A stretch of DNA of 64,000 nucleotides, taken from the NCBI RefSeq assembly GCF_009914755.1, contig NC_060928.1; one strand, written 5' to 3'. Shown piece after piece: positions 1 to 16,865 of this stretch. The DNA comes from the human T2T-CHM13v2.0 reference genome, Homo sapiens. The position numbers and the translations under genes were made by a program. The notes beneath the pieces were generated by a model. The model did not search any database. It was not told the DNA's origin and saw only the letters and a program-made list of their open reading frames with translations. Within the stretch, counting starts at the first letter, position 1. Each line of letters starts with the position of its first letter.

Positions 1-111
1 GATAGCATTAGGAGATATACCTAATGCTAAATGATGAGTCAATGGGTGCAGCACACCAACGTGGCACATGTATACATATGTAACAAACCTGCACGTTGTG
101 CACATGTACCC
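1..111 (+). mobile_element. 3' UTR end of a primate L1PA element (continues upstream of the window)
   Basis: GATAGCATTAGGAGATATACCTAATGCTAAATGA...GCACGTTGTGCACATGTACCC matches the L1PA 3' terminus. Confidence 0.9.
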
Positions 112-2115
112 AAAAAAGAACTGTACTAGGAGATAGGCAGAATAAATAAATACAAAACCGCCATGATTTCCACCTTAAGAAACTTGAACCATAGAAGACG
201 GAAGTCATCAACAGAAATAACTGTTAGGAGGTAGAACATTAAATGTCATAAAAGAATATATAAAGGACTACTTAAGATGAAAAAGTGTTTTGGGAGCCAA
301 GATCAGTGGATCAAGACAGTTGCTTATGAGTAGATCTTAAAGTCTGGATAGAATTGCAACAGGTACATATTATTGGAAGAAGCATAGCAAGAAGTTAATA
401 CCACATTAACCACAAAGTCATCATTAGAAAGATGAAGTTAATACAGGTATCATGCATTGTCCAGATTGATGATCAACTCAACCAATGCCTGGTGAGTTAG
501 GCGAGCTACGAGTAAGGAAACAAGTCGGGAAAGGTAAATTAGAGCCAGATTTTGCCAGACATTGTTAGTGAGCTGAGTTAGAAATATTTCCCAAACACAA
601 TTGGTCTTTATTCCCACCGAATAGACAAAAACCTAAATGATATTATGGTAAGTACTCTCCTTCTGCCTGACCTGAATCGCACCTACTCTGCAGTGAAGAA
701 ATAGATTCTAAGTAGAAGTTCTCTACCTGCCCATAGCTGAGCCACACTCACAAGTGTTAATGCCTTCAGTCATTCACTGTCAGTAGGCTCTCTGGAAACT
801 TCCTCATTTCTATAGCACATTGCTCTGGACAGTATTAGAGATTTATGTCAAATCTTGAAATCATCTTTTAATTTGGTCCTAATTATTTTCTATGGTGCAG
901 ACATTACTTAGGATATTCATATGAAATTATAGTTGTTCCCTAACTTCAGTGTAGAAGAAGTTTCTCTTCCAGTTTTTTATTTTTGGAATTTTGTTTGTTT
1001 TATTTGATTAGTCTTAGTTTTATTTTATTTATTTGCATATGGACTTTTTTCTTCCACTTAAAGTTCTGGTAGTGGAGTTGAACAAATGCAGTAGTTTGCC
1101 ATTTTAAATGGAAGTCAAATTTCTTCCTCTTTAATTAAATTCTATAGGAGATTTGGAAACATGCTTAGTAAGCTAATGGCTGAGGTTTTATTTTATCAAC
1201 TCCAAAGCATAAAAGAGATTTTTTCTTTCAGTGTGTTACTTTTTATGAAATGAAGCATTCTCAGAGTTTCTAAGTTAAATTAAGTCAAATTTTCTTTTCT
1301 CCCTCTGCATCAGGGCAAAGGTTTTTAATGGATTGCCTAATTAGCCTGGGAAGGAATTATTCCAACAGTTACAAAGATCAGTCCAATAATCTGAAGTGAC
1401 CTAGTTCTTACCATATCGCAGTTTACCTGTGGAACACCCTAATTTCCATAGGAAGTACAGGTCTCAACACATCTCACTTCAGGATAGCACTCTCTGCTCT
1501 AAAGAAAAAGAAGTTCCATTTTATTAAACCCGATAGCATTTTCCATGGCTTTTAGGATTTTCCCAGTGTGCAAACCTCTTGGTAGCAACTTTGGTAACTG
1601 GATAAAGAGAAAATATTATTACTAATCTGAGACTCTTCAAGTAAACCTCTCCTTGGGGCAGACTCCTGCCACATTACTAAAACTGTATGGAGCTATATGG
1701 GAAATCCTAAGGTGCTACAGCTTAGAGGTACCTTACATATAACCATCCAGTTACAGTATTTTGTGTGTGTGTGTAACTTAAATCAGAGAAATTAAATAAC
1801 CTGGCCAAGATGGACAATGGCTAATTATTGAAGAGACAAGACTAAAACCCAGGCTTCTGTGCCTGTTTTAATTTCATTACTCACCACTCACAAGAGTAAA
1901 ATATTGCACCCACCATTTGAACCACCTCTTCCCTGGTGAATTCCCCCAAAGAGATTAAACATCCATTTTTTTTAAGCCAGACATTTTAAAATGTTTGAAA
2001 TATCTCTAAAAACCGTGTGAGCAATTTGGAGCTGGTAACAGTGGTTGCTTCTAAAGAAGGGAACTGGTTGACTGGAGCAGGAAGAGATACAAGGAAAATT
2101 TATTTTTGCTGTATA

Positions 2116-2574
<459 letters not shown>

Positions 2575-2647
2575 TACTCATTTTATATTTTTTTGAATTT
2601 AGTGAAGTAGTTCTTCACTAACATAGATGCGTTAAAACTGATACAGA

Positions 2648-2650
<3 letters not shown>

Positions 2651-2680
<30 letters not shown>
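2651..2680. repeat. (TG)15 microsatellite
   Basis: Perfect TG dinucleotide run. Confidence 0.98.
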
Positions 2681-2685
<5 letters not shown>

Positions 2686-3644
2686 ATATACAGACACATA
2701 TATATGGAGAGAAAGGGAGAGTAAAATCCGATCTTGTTTACCAATGTGCCAGGCACATTGTGTGCATTACCTCCTTTGATCCTCGCAGTGACACTGCAAG
2801 ATTTGTATGTGTTGTGATGTGGAAGAGGTTAGGGCACTGGTCTGTGATCCTTGCTTCTTTTTCCCTAATTGACTGGGGGACACCCCTAAGGAAATGAAAA
2901 AGGGCAGATGACCCTGTATAATCTCCTTGTCAACATGTTAACTAAACCACTGAGTAAAAAAATTCTGAGTTAATTATATATTGGCCAGGAGGAGGATGTT
3001 TATCTATGGAATGTTTTTAACAGGATGTTTCTGGTTAAGTAAAACATGTGGTAAATAAACCCCAAATCTATAGGCCTGGTCTATGGAAAATGTCACATAA
3101 ACTGGAATATAAAAATGGAGATGTGCTGTTTGTGGTAAACCCACAATACCCTACTTTGAAATCTCATATATTAACTAGGGATCAGAGAATATGTGTCTGA
3201 TGCAGGAAGCAAAACGTTGGGGAGCCAACGTGAATATTGCAGAACTCTCCCTGTGTTGACTTGAATCTTTCTGCCTCCAAGCCCCTTCTTGCTTCAGGGT
3301 CTCTCAAGGAAACTTCCTAACCGCTAGACCGTTCTTGTATGAGGATTTGCAAGTAAATATTAGAGAGAACCATCTGGAAATGGGCACTCCTCTAATTATT
3401 TGTGAAAAAGAACAACAAAAAGGGTAGTACAAACGGGTGAGAAATGACAGAAAGAAACTATGTACATAAGCACCTAGTGAAAGCTGACCATCCACATCAT
3501 ATGACAAAGGATACTATTTCGTCTTTGAAAATATAAAAAGGGCAATATTTATTTGTGCATGGCTTGTGAAATCCAAATGTTGAATTAAGACGGATATATC
3601 ATCATCATTATTGTTGCAGCTTATTAAATTCTTGCTTGAGAGGT

Positions 3645-3904
3645 TGTAGAATATAACAAATATGAGATTAGCCCCTGGAGCCAGACTGACTGGATTGTAA
3701 TACCTACTCTGCTACTGATTAGCGTAAACTTGGTCAGGTTACTTAGCTTCTCTGTGCCTCATTTTTCTCATTAGAAAAGTGGAAACAGTATCAGTAGCAC
3801 TTAGTTCAAAGGGTTGCTGTAAGGATTAAATGAGATAATATATGTGAAGGACTTCGAAACAATGCCTGGTACATAGTGCTTTATAGGCATTAGCTATTAT
3901 TATT
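3645..3904 (+). mobile_element. MIR SINE
   Basis: Core CTCTGTGCCTCATTTTTCTCATTAGAAAAGTGG and 3' end AATGCCTGGTACATAG...TAGCTATTATTATT. Confidence 0.85.
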
Positions 3905-4194
3905 CTGAGTGTTACATCTGAGGTTTGAGAAGATAGACATCTGTAAGAGCTTTGTCAGTGAGAGTCAGAATTCCAATCCTGCTTTTTCCAAAATAATATG
4001 TTGCTATAAAATATAATTCAATATTGAAAGATTTAGGAATATTTTAAAATTAGAACTATGCTTTATTTACTCTCTGATCTCAGACAGTGTTTTACATGTA
4101 ACTTTATTCCACTTTTGGAATATACTGTGGTTTGGTTTTTTTTTTTTTTATTTTTCAACTTTCTCTACCCAAACTGTGATTTCAAAGAAGAATT

Positions 4195-4280
4195 GTAGTA
4201 CATTCATCTTTGTGTTACCAATGCCTACCTAGCATAGTGAATGTTAAGAAGTGGCTCTTAATAAACTTCTGCTAAATAAA
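4195..4280 (+). mobile_element. L2 3' end fragment
   Basis: CATCTTTGTG...CCTAGCATAGTG...AATAAACTTCTGCTAAATAAA resembles the L2 terminus. Confidence 0.55.
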
Positions 4281-6422
4281 CACTAAGGGTGGCAAATAAT
4301 AATAAAAATGTACTGTTAAGTCTATAATTCTTCTAATGCTTCAAATCATATTACTCGAATTTTTATATTTTATTATGTGCGTCACACTTTAGCATGTCTT
4401 TGATAGCACATTGCCAAACATTTTAATGATATTTAGTGGCAAATACAAAAGACATTTCTTGAGTTGTACTTCCTTCAATCTAGCCATAACATTCCACTTA
4501 GCAAATGTCGCTTATGACTCCCAAGACACTTACTCAGATTTATCTCTTTGGTTGATTAAAGAAACATGTTATCTAATGTCTGATAAGCGTATCTTCCCAG
4601 CAATTGAGATTTTGAACTCCTCAGCTCTGTCACGGTAATTTAACCAAGGCTGCAACTCTCCTCAAAAATAAAGAAATGAAAATAAACATGGAGATTCCTT
4701 TCTTTACAGAAAATGTTCTCATGAAAAGAAAAAAAATAGAATATTAATATAACAGGTCTTATTAGTGTTATTAAAATCTCAAACTAGTCGCGGCAGCTTT
4801 CTGTTTTATGTAAATTGTATAGGCACATACACAAGACAGATGTCCCCAAAAATGTATAGAATTTCAAACTACTAAAAATGGGAGTGTACTGACTCCCTGG
4901 TGAAAACAGGAAAACATGGAGGAATGAGATGGCAACTATGTCGGTAAGGACAAGCTAATATGAAACGCTTCGGCACCACAGTTCAGCATTCCTATTACTA
5001 TTGCGGAGCACTTTAATTCACAAATCACTTACCTTTTCCACAAATCCAGTAAAGCTCTAATAGTGTTTAGGGGCCTTGATATACAAAATCCACTCTTATT
5101 TGACTCTTATGCCTATAAATCGACTTTCCTGGTTAAACAATTTCACGTAATTTCACATAACCTACAATTGCCCAATTTCCAGAAAGATGTGCTTATTGGA
5201 TAATCAAAATATAAGCAAAATCCCTGATTAGAAAGTGTAAGCAGACTCCATGACTAAGTGGAACACACTGATTATTTTAAAGTGAGACAAAAAAAGAACT
5301 TTTAAAAGCTCTACAAATCCAATCCTCAAATGTCTCCATATTAAACCATAACTTGAGCATCAAAGTATCATATTTTGGCCTTAATTTCTGAGTTTCCAGT
5401 TATTGGAACTATTAAAACATAGTTCAATCTTTCTCTAGTTAGTCATATATATTTAGTGTATGTATCTAGCTATATAAAATTAATCATGTTATACCTGCTT
5501 ATCAGGGCTTATTGAAGATGGGCTATTTAGGAATAAAGTCTAGTAAAAAATAAAGAACTTCTACTTTACTTGGTCAACACTTTGCGTACAAAAATATTTT
5601 TGAAAGGTAAACTTTCAGCCACCTATAAGCCTTTATAGCATATAATCTGTTTATTTTGTTTTGGATTGCAATGACATAAGCTTGCTTACTGTATATAAAT
5701 GTAAAGAAAATTTCAGCTAATGAAAACAACAAATGATTAAGCCACTATTTCTCCAAAATGCTTTTAGATAGTTTTTGTGCAATGGAATATGTACATCTTA
5801 TTACTTTAAATCAAATGGAAGCTCCTAGACAAATGTTATATTATGAATCTATAGCAACCCTAATGTTTAATAAGTATTAAAATTAATCAGACAGGACAAT
5901 ACATTTAAATTTAAAAACACACTGAAAGACTTGTCACATGTTTAAGAATATCTTAGCTTCTAATGTTGAGCAGAATGAGTATCTCGTAAAACATGTATAC
6001 TCTTCTGATAAACAATGTCCACAATCTAGTTTATTTTACTTTTCAGTTAGCTCAATGATAGGAAAAAGTGAATGCAAGGAAGTTATAGAATAATAGCAGG
6101 TTCCTTGGCTCATACTGATCAATTGGAATTACAAACAAAACGAAACACCACACCATTAGCAGTACAATGGAAAGCAGATATTTTCATATCACATAACAGG
6201 TGTGGCAAATATTATTTATACCCTTAACTGCCTTGAAATTATTATGGCTATTATTAGCCATTACAATGATTATCTAATGCAGTAATTTGAAAAGCACATA
6301 TATTACTAGAGCATACATTTATTTTAAAATATTTTTATTACTATATTTCAATATTTTAGGCTTTGAAAACATGATTCTGAGAAGAAAACTGCAGGCTTCA
6401 CCAGACTGCAAAGGGTTCCATG

Positions 6423-6903
6423 TGTGAAAGAAAAATAGCCCCCCAAAAATATCCATGTCCTAATTCCTGGAATCTGTGGATCTGTTACCTTATATGGCAA
6501 AAAAAGCTTTGCACGTGTGATTGAGTTAAGGAAATTGAGATGGGAGGAGTGTCCTGGATTAGTTATCCCAGTGAGCCCAATGTAATCACAAGATCCTAAG
6601 AGAGGCAAAAGTGTAAAAGTCAGAAAAATAGATATAACAATGGAAGCCGAGGTTAGAGTGATGCACTTTGAAGATGAAGTAAAGGGCCATAAGCCAGGGA
6701 CTTGGGGCAGTGCTAAGAGCTGGAAAAGATAAGGAAACACACACTTTTTTTGGAGTAAGCAGAAGGAATGCAGCACCTTGATTTTGGTTCAGTGAAACCC
6801 ATTTTAAACTCCTGACCTCAAGAACTGTAAGATAATATACTTGTGTTGTCTTGACCACTTAGTTTCTGGTAATTTGAAATAGCTGCAGTAGGAAACTAAT
6901 ACA
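6423..6903 (+). mobile_element. MLT1D-like MaLR solo LTR, inserted in a hAT-Charlie MITE remnant (about 6200-6930)
   Basis: TGTG...GCCCCCCAAAAATATCCATGTCCTAATTCCTGGAATCTGTG ... GGAAACTAATACA; TSD CCATG/TCATG. Confidence 0.85.
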
Positions 6904-8419
6904 TCATGGTGTCAGAGTCAAGAACACCCAAGTGATTTTGCTCGATGCTGAAGGGTAATATCAGTTCCCCTATAACTTAGAAGAAGCAATTCAATGTTTT
7001 CATACAGGAAGATAGCCTTGGTTAAATGGAATAATACTAAGAACAAATGCTTTGTTTTCTTGGAGCCATTTTAGTACCAAAACATCTTTAAGGTTTTAGT
7101 AGTTTATATTGGCCTCACACCAAAAATAAAAGAGTAGATATATGTTCTGATATTTGGGAAAAAAGATCACTGTTCAGATCTCAAACTGAATAGATCCAAT
7201 ACCTAGCATTTACACAAATGACATTCTTTACTCAAAGGCAATTGTTTTTCCTAGAAAACAATTTTAAAACCTTGATAATCATTTGAATATAATTGTAGCA
7301 ATTTTTGGCAGCTGGAAAAATTCTACAGTGATTTAATGCTTTATCTATGCTCATTCAAAATTGAAATAATAACTTATGAAATGCAAAGTCTATGACCTGA
7401 ACTGCCTTTGTCACTCTTTCAAGTACATTGACTAATACATATATAGCTACTTAATTAATACAAACCTGCAGGCACCACTTTGGAATAACATATTACTTGT
7501 CCTCACCATGGTAATGTACACATTATAAGTTTATATTGGTTGATAAAATTGACATATTTCTAAGAATATTATTTGTATTTTAGATTACTTTGCATAAAAG
7601 TATACTACTGTTTTATCCAGTTGGTAATAAAAAATAAAATCACCAATCGCTTTTACAAAAGCAGCTTGAAGAAATAGTGTAATTTTGATAATGGAAAAGT
7701 CCTTGTTTTATAAGCTAGTGTAGCTCTTTATGGAAACAGTTCAAAAGCAACTCAATTATTTGTAAACATCTTCATAATGCTAGAGCTACTGTTGAAATTT
7801 AAATCACTTCAAATCACACTGTTTTGATAACTGGTTCCTGGCAGCCAAATATTTTTTAATTCAAAATCTAGAAAGGGAATTACTCTTTAATGACATGGGT
7901 TAATTGTATGTGTATAGGCTTTGAAATCATTCCAATCAATCACAGGTTCCAGTTGGCCTAGTCATGTAAGCCTTTTTGTATTCAAGGTAATTCAGTAGAA
8001 CTTAAGTGCACTGTATGGATTCTACCTAGATAAAAGCTTGATTAATTACATTCTTGCTTGTTTTTGTGTCAGTGTGAGAAATATGGTAGCCTTGGGAAAT
8101 GTTTGTATTCATAGCCAGACTTCCTAGTTAGCCATTCATCCTTGAGCAAAAGCCTTATTATCAATTTTTATACAATTGAATTTGATCCTCGGTGCCTAGG
8201 AATGAATGCATCAGCGCTCCTTATGCAAATTATGAAAACTCAGCTAGCAAGGTCAAGCATGGGATAAATCAGTCTGAATCATGGAGTATTGATATCAAAA
8301 GTAATGTCAGCGATCAATTGATATTTTCATTTTTACAGATTAGGAAAAAAATGCACAGAGGTTAAGAGGCTTCTAAAAATGAAACCAGTTAGCACAGGTA
8401 AAGTTAGAAAGCAGAGTTT

Positions 8420-8716
8420 GGCCAGGGATGGTGGCTCTCACCTATAATCCTAACACTTTGGAAGAGAGGCTGAGGTGGGCAGATCACTTGAGCCTAAGGG
8501 TCTGAGACCATCCCGGGAAAGAGGGTAAACCATGTCTCCACAAAAACTAGCTGGGTGTGGTGGCGTACACCTGTAGTCCTAGCTACTTTAGAGGCTAAGG
8601 TGGGAGGATCTCCTAAACCCAGGGAGGTGGAGGCTGCAGCAAGCCATGATCATGCCATTGAACTCCAGCCTGAGAGACAGAGTGAAACCTCATCTCAAAA
8701 AAACAAACAAACAAAA
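8420..8716 (+). mobile_element. AluJ
   Basis: Diverged dimeric Alu with TSD AAAGCAGAGTTT on both sides. Confidence 0.92.
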
Positions 8717-9105
8717 AAAGCAGAGTTTTCTGCCTGTGATCACAGATTCATTCCATTAGATAACATTAGCTTATCTATAAATCAACTCAGTACAATTCAT
8801 TTGGTTCAGTATAATCAAGCACTATTAATATTACTATATTAATCATTACTCAAACACTGAGTGATGGAAACAAAAGAATAAAAGATATTACATACTCTAA
8901 GGAGAAAGAAATATGTACATAAATAAATTGTATTTATTTGAGATCAGTGCCATCAAGAAAGTATTGGGGGTTCAAAGAGGAAGAAATCAGCTCAATTCAG
9001 TGATAGCGTCACTGAAAAGTTAATTTCTGAATGGAGTTTGAGGAGAGATCAGTTATTTGTCAAACCCAATGGGAGAGTATTTCTATCAGAGAGAAAAAAG
9101 AAAGA

Positions 9106-9304
9106 GCATCCACATCAAATTGTTTTTCTCCCTTAATGAGAATATTTTAACAATTCATCACTAAGTATAATGTTTGCTGACATTTTTTCATACATACCTT
9201 TAAGAAAATTAAGAAAATTTATTTCTCTCTTACTAATAATTTTTCTTACATAGCCATTATTTGATTCAACCTGTCAATATGCCAAGGTTGAGAACCCCTG
9301 ACCT
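9106..9304 (+). repeat. Copy 1 of a ~200-bp dispersed direct duplication (copy 2 at 11412-11609)
   Basis: Colinear match read directly; last 49 bp identical. Confidence 0.92.
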
Positions 9305-10006
9305 AGCATAAGATCTAAAAGCAAAAAAGAACATATCCTTCTCTGTGAACTTCTCCTGGCCCCCATACCTCCAACAGCAGAAATTAAAGAGGAAAGCCAG
9401 GAACTTCTTATACACCAAGTAAATCATCCCTTCTCCTGGCCTCCATGACACAATTGGCAGAAATCAAGTGGATGCTGTAGTGCCTCTTATAGACGGGAGA
9501 CCCAAAGACACAAGACTTTTGAGAAGACTGGTCTCTACCTCACTGATAGAGGCTGTGGAGAGGGGGGCCCATGTTCAGCATGCTCCTAGTAAAAGGGACC
9601 CCATCCCCAAATCTCATAACCCCAATAGCGCATTCTACTTGAGACAGAGTTGATCCTTTCATAAATGTTATGTGACTACCTAAGTCACTACAAGAAACCC
9701 AAGACTTGTGAACCAATCCTCATCCCTTAGCTTCTCATCCTCATGAAGTTCTTTACATCTCCCTCTGGAGCTCATCATGAGCTCACAGAAAAGCCTTCTT
9801 TATCAAATGCACCACAGCTAAGTTACACTGTGCTGCTATATAGCTTTTCAGAGGTACTTCTGTCTCCCAGTGTGAGAGTGCCAAGTCAACACTCATAGGC
9901 TGAGTAGTGGGTCCTGGCTGTATTTTAGGCTCCCAGTGCCCTCTGCATAACATCTTTGGCAGAGCACAACCCCTCAACTGTATGTGAGGCTTGAATCCTC
10001 AGTCAT

Positions 10007-10715
<709 letters not shown>

Positions 10716-10854
10716 GTCATTTTTCTGAATCTTACCCTCAACTTCTCACTTTCAGTGACACCTACTGAGGCTATTGCTTCTCCTACATTTTTTTGAGTGC
10801 CTAGTTTCCTCTCCCTTACTTTTTGAATAATGCTTATTGTTTGCGATAAAGTAG

Positions 10855-11407
10855 TGTAGATGCCCAACAGCTGAAGACCACAAAATCACAAGAATCAAAC
10901 AAAGTTGGGTTTATTACTTGTTGCAACAGGAGAAACCATAAAATTCGGGGAAACAATGGGATGTATCATTAAAAGGATACTATGAGGAGATTGTTATAAA
11001 ATTTGGGCTAGGGTGGGACCAAGCAGGTTTACCTCTGGAATGTGTATTGTAAGAAAGTGGAGGTGATTGTACAATTGTGTATCTTAATATTTATCTAGGA
11101 AGAAGGTGATATGAAATTAGGCTAAGGCTGTAATTGTTTTTTTAAAAAGTTAGCAGCTGCTCATTTAGCATGCAGGGGTCATGCTTGTTTAGTTTTGTGA
11201 TTTGCTGAGTGTTCTTATTTTTTCTGTGCTCAGACATGATTAAGAAATAGTCTTGTTTTTCTCACTCAGTCACAGTCATTCACAGTGACCTTGTCTGATG
11301 TGAGTATTCCATGAAATTGTTTATATTAAAGAAGAAACACCATAGCCTTGCTGTGAGTATCAGATCATCAACCTGATGGTTGTCAGAATTGCTTCTTTTC
11401 TTTCTCA
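10855..11407 (-). mobile_element. ERV1-class solo LTR, family uncertain
   Basis: TG...CA termini, reverse AATAAA near 10910, 4-bp TSD GTAG/ATAG, splits an L1 fragment. Confidence 0.6.
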
Positions 11408-11411
11408 ATAG

Positions 11412-11609
11412 GCATCCTTGTCAGATTTTTTTCTCCCTTAATGAGACTATTTTAACAATTCATCACTATGTGTAATGTTTGCTGTCATTTTTATAGATAC
11501 CTTTAACAAAATTAAGAAAATTTATTTATATCTTACAAAGAATTTTTATTACAAATGTCTATTATTTGATTCAACCTGTCAATATGCCAAGGTTGAGAAC
11601 CCCTGACCT
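11412..11609 (+). repeat. Copy 2 of the ~200-bp dispersed direct duplication
   Basis: Matches 9106-9304. Confidence 0.92.
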
Positions 11610-11619
11610 TATATTTTAC

Positions 11620-12720
11620 ATAAAATGTAAGATATCTCTACCCAAAAATATCTGTAAGACTGAACTGAGAAAAACTTGAACAGACCTAAATATGTGGAAA
11701 GCTCTACTAGTTCATGGATTGTTGTGATTCATATTCTCTCTAAATTGACTTATAGATTCAACAAAATTCCTGTTAAAACTGTGTCATTAAAAACATTTTA
11801 AAGAAATAGACAAGTTCATTGTAAAAATGTTATAGAATCATAAAAGATCTACAGTAGCTAAAACAATTTTGAAAAAGGAGAGTTCTTATAGTACCAGATA
11901 TCCAGAGTCAAGACTTACCATAAAGCTATAGGATAGGGTAGTGCCAGGCAAATAAACATTCAATTATTTGAGCAGAATGGAGAGGTCAATGAACAAAGAA
12001 AACCCTTTTTAGGATATGTTACTTTATTACAGCTGGAAATCTCTATGGGGAAAGTAAAGCAAAGCAAAAACAAAAAACAAAACAAAACAAAAAACACCAG
12101 AAAAGACTCCGCTCATCTACTCTTTCATATTAAACATAAAAATTATTTTGATATGGATAATATACCTAAACATTCAACCCAGAACCATACATCTTCTAGA
12201 AGAAAACAGGAGATTATCTTTGAAACTCAGATTTGGCAAAAATTTCTTGAGCAGGACACAATCAGCATGAAACAAATAATTTGAAATGAATTAATTAAAT
12301 TCCACAAAAAACTAAAATGTCTGCTCTGCAAAGCACACCATTATAAAAATGAATTGGCAAGCCACAGACTAAGGAAAAATTCTTGTAACATATGACAAAG
12401 AACTTGCACATAAAGAACACCTACAAATCAACAGTAAAAGGATGACCATCCCATTTTGTAAAAGAAGTCGAAGATTTGCACACTTTACCATAGAGATGAA
12501 CTAATGCTCTATAAACACATGAAAGTTTAGACATACAATGTATTAAGGTGCTATATTTTGGGATAGCATGTCCTCAACCTTATCTGGCACTTAACATCTT
12601 TAGTCATAGGAATCTGTAAATTAAAACCACAATAAGGTACCATTTCATACTCAGTAAATAAGCTAAAATCAAAAGGAGTAACTCCACTGCCTATTGGTAA
12701 AGATATGGAACGATTAGTAA
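11620..12720 (+). mobile_element. Old L1M ORF2 3' region fragments
   Basis: Degenerate L1 motifs (AGACCTAAATATGTGG, CAAGACTTACCATAAAGCTATAG, AAATTAAAACCACAATAAGGTACC). Confidence 0.75.
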
Positions 12721-12941
12721 TGGCATCTTAGATTTCCTTGGAAAACTATTTCCCTGTACTCTCCGGCCATGTGTATCTGGTGGAGTGGAATCTACCTGAA
12801 GACTTCAGCAATAGAGTGAAGACTTGGGCCTGGCCTATTAGAATAACAGTAACAGATTAAGAAATATTACCTAATGCAAGCTGGCTCAGTTAAAGTCAGT
12901 ACAGTCAGCTCTGAGCCTTTGTAATTCTTGGGAAAGAAATG

Positions 12942-12974
<33 letters not shown>

Positions 12975-13065
12975 GTATTGGCACCTAAACTGGCAAATGT
13001 AAACCTGGAGCAATTGGTGGTTATTGTGATCAACACCCTGGAAAAGTACTTATAAAAAGAAACTT

Positions 13066-13449
<384 letters not shown>

Positions 13450-14122
13450 TCAGTGTTACATGGCACCAAAAGATGGAAAGACACAGATAATTTTGGCCCG
13501 AAATCCAGCAGTACATTAGCTTGCTGTACCCATGTACTCATCAGTTAGGAAAGTCAAAAATTCCCCTTTTCTTCAAGCCAGTTTGAATTTTATTTTTATT
13601 TAGAGCTAAAAGAATCTTAATTAAAACAGAAGTAACCAGATTCTATTTTTACTTCACCAGTAAATGACAACAAAAAGTCTAGGATATATGTTGGAACCAA
13701 TCTGTGTACTATATTCTTTTTTTGATGCAAGACTTGAGGGGGCAGGGATTAATTGTTTTCTGCTTTATAAGTTAAATATTTCAAAAATTTCTTCCAAAAA
13801 TATATGAGCTAAATAATTATATTTTAACATTCAGCATATCAAGTTAAAATAGTCAGATACAACTTTCAGAACTAAAGTATGATGTTATCTTTGGAGTAAA
13901 TTAAAAGAACTAAAGTATAATAAATAATAAATCATAAATAATCAATGATGTTATCTTTGGAGTAAATTAAAAGAACACATTGGGCTGCATTTTTAATATT
14001 AGAATACAATAGTCTTTTAGTTCATTATATATATCCTTTAATAATCTGATATTTCTTTTAAGTTCTAAATCAGGCATACAGGCCCATCTCAGATAATAAG
14101 AAAATATCTTTTAATAGATTAT

Positions 14123-14365
14123 AACAATAATAGCTGCATTTGTTGAAAGCTTATTATTTTTTAAGCATTTATTCTCTTTAAATGCATTATTATATTTAAT
14201 CCTTACATGGGATTACCATGTTATAGATTTATTTCATTGATGTCATTGTAAAGATGAGGAAACTAAAATTACAAAAGTTGTATAAATTCCTGGTCACATG
14301 CTAAATACCACACATACATGGAATTTGGCTTATCTGGCTTCAGGTTTTGAGCTCCTAATCATTTC
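14123..14365 (-). mobile_element. MIR SINE
   Basis: AACAATAATAGCTGCATTT...AGATGAGGAAACT...GGTCACATGCTA. Confidence 0.7.
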
Positions 14366-14851
14366 CCATATATAAGTCAAAATTGCAAAAAGAAAAAAAG
14401 AAAAAAATGAAATAAATCTAGGCCCTAAGAGTGAAGTAAAAGATTCCTAAATTTAGGAACTACAGAAATAAAGATATACTGGATGAAAGAAAGCCCAGTC
14501 CCCAATTTCTGTAGCTGGCTTTTGTTCAGTTTTAACAGATATCTCTCTTAGAAAATATAATATCCAAACATAAAATCTTTTAAAGTATCAAGTGATGATA
14601 TTTTTTGCAAATTCATTGGAAGAAAGAAAGTTCAAGTCTCACTTTAAACAATAATTTTAAAAATCTAAATTAAAGTTTGTTATAAAAAACATTGAATTAT
14701 TGGAGAGAGTCTTGGAAAATATTTGTACAGTCTTAGATTTAGCAAAACGTGGGGAAAGGTAGACCTTCTAAAACAAAACAGCCCACCCAGAAGTCATACA
14801 GTATAAAATAGACATATTTGATTATATTAAAATTTTCAACCAAATTTATTA

Positions 14852-15161
<310 letters not shown>

Positions 15162-15630
15162 AGCATTTGTTTTTTTCTAATTACCCATTGCTGCTAATGC
15201 TTTTACTATCATCTGCACTATAAATATTTTCCAACTCTATTGTTTGTGTTTTAAATTTGTTTCAATATTTTTAATATACAGAGAGCCTATAAACTAATAG
15301 TACAAATAGCTAGAAAAAAAGAGGCAAAGGATTCACAAAATACTTCAGACCAGTCAAGGAAGATAAAATCCAAACATCAACAAACATAAAATATTTTTCA
15401 ATTTCTCTTGTAGTAAGAAAAACACAAAATAAAACCATAATGACATGACATTTTTAACTTATCAGATTGGCAAAAATTAGAAAACGGAAAACATTTCCTT
15501 CTGGCAATGGTTCAGAAAACAAGCACTGGGAGAGGGAGTTGCTAAAATCATTTTGGAAAGTAATCTGCCAATAACTGTTAATATATTAAAAGACAAGCAG
15601 CTTTTGATTCAGTAGTCCCATTTTTTCTAA

Positions 15631-16153
<523 letters not shown>

Positions 16154-16865
16154 TGACTTCAAGAGATGTTTATAGTATATTGTTTTAAAACAAAACCAAA
16201 CTAAATTTCATGTATTATATACTAAATAAGAATATCTTGTGAAAAGGCCATTTGTCTGACTATGGAGAAGAACCTGAAAGAAGTAAAAGGCAGTTAACAT
16301 TGGTTGTTACAGAGGGATGAGCTAAAGAAAGGTTGCGATGTGTAAGATCATGAATTTCTTACTAATAAAATTCTGTACGATTTTTGTCATTTTAAAATCT
16401 AATATAGAAAGGCAAAAAAAAAATGAAGCTGTAGTAGTGACATAAGGTCGATTTTAATGTTGAAAAATGTCAACCTGACATGTAGCTACTGCATAGTGAG
16501 TACAATGTTGTATGTGACTGCAGAATGAGTCATACAAATGGCTCCAGGGGCCTTGCAGATTTTGCACTGTGAGTGGGTCTGTGGCAACTGCAAAGCATTC
16601 AGATTCGAAAATTGTGGAACACTGTGTCAGCTCACCTCCAGCCTTAACTCTGAGGCCTCCTCAGTAAGGAAACAAGTGTTGATATCTTTAGGGACAGAGA
16701 ATGAACTGGGAAGAGGGAAAACTGATGAAGCAAAGATGTAGCGAGTAAGTCAGGAGATGATTTAATCAGATCCGGCAGTTCCTAAGGGGAGAGTCTTTAA
16801 AAGGGGGAAGGCTGGCTCTTCTTCAGCAACACAAGTTAGGATGAGGCCTCTTCGGTCTACCTTTC

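Noticed and set aside
5026-5034. Consensus minus-strand splice donor (AG/GTAAGTG) in unique sequence
   Set aside because: A single 9-mer is expected by chance in 64 kb; no matching acceptor or exon chain could be supported.
16500-16760. AP-1 site TGAGTCA (16526) and GTAAGT donor suggesting an enhancer or exon
   Set aside because: Short motifs only; cannot be separated from background without chromatin or RNA data.
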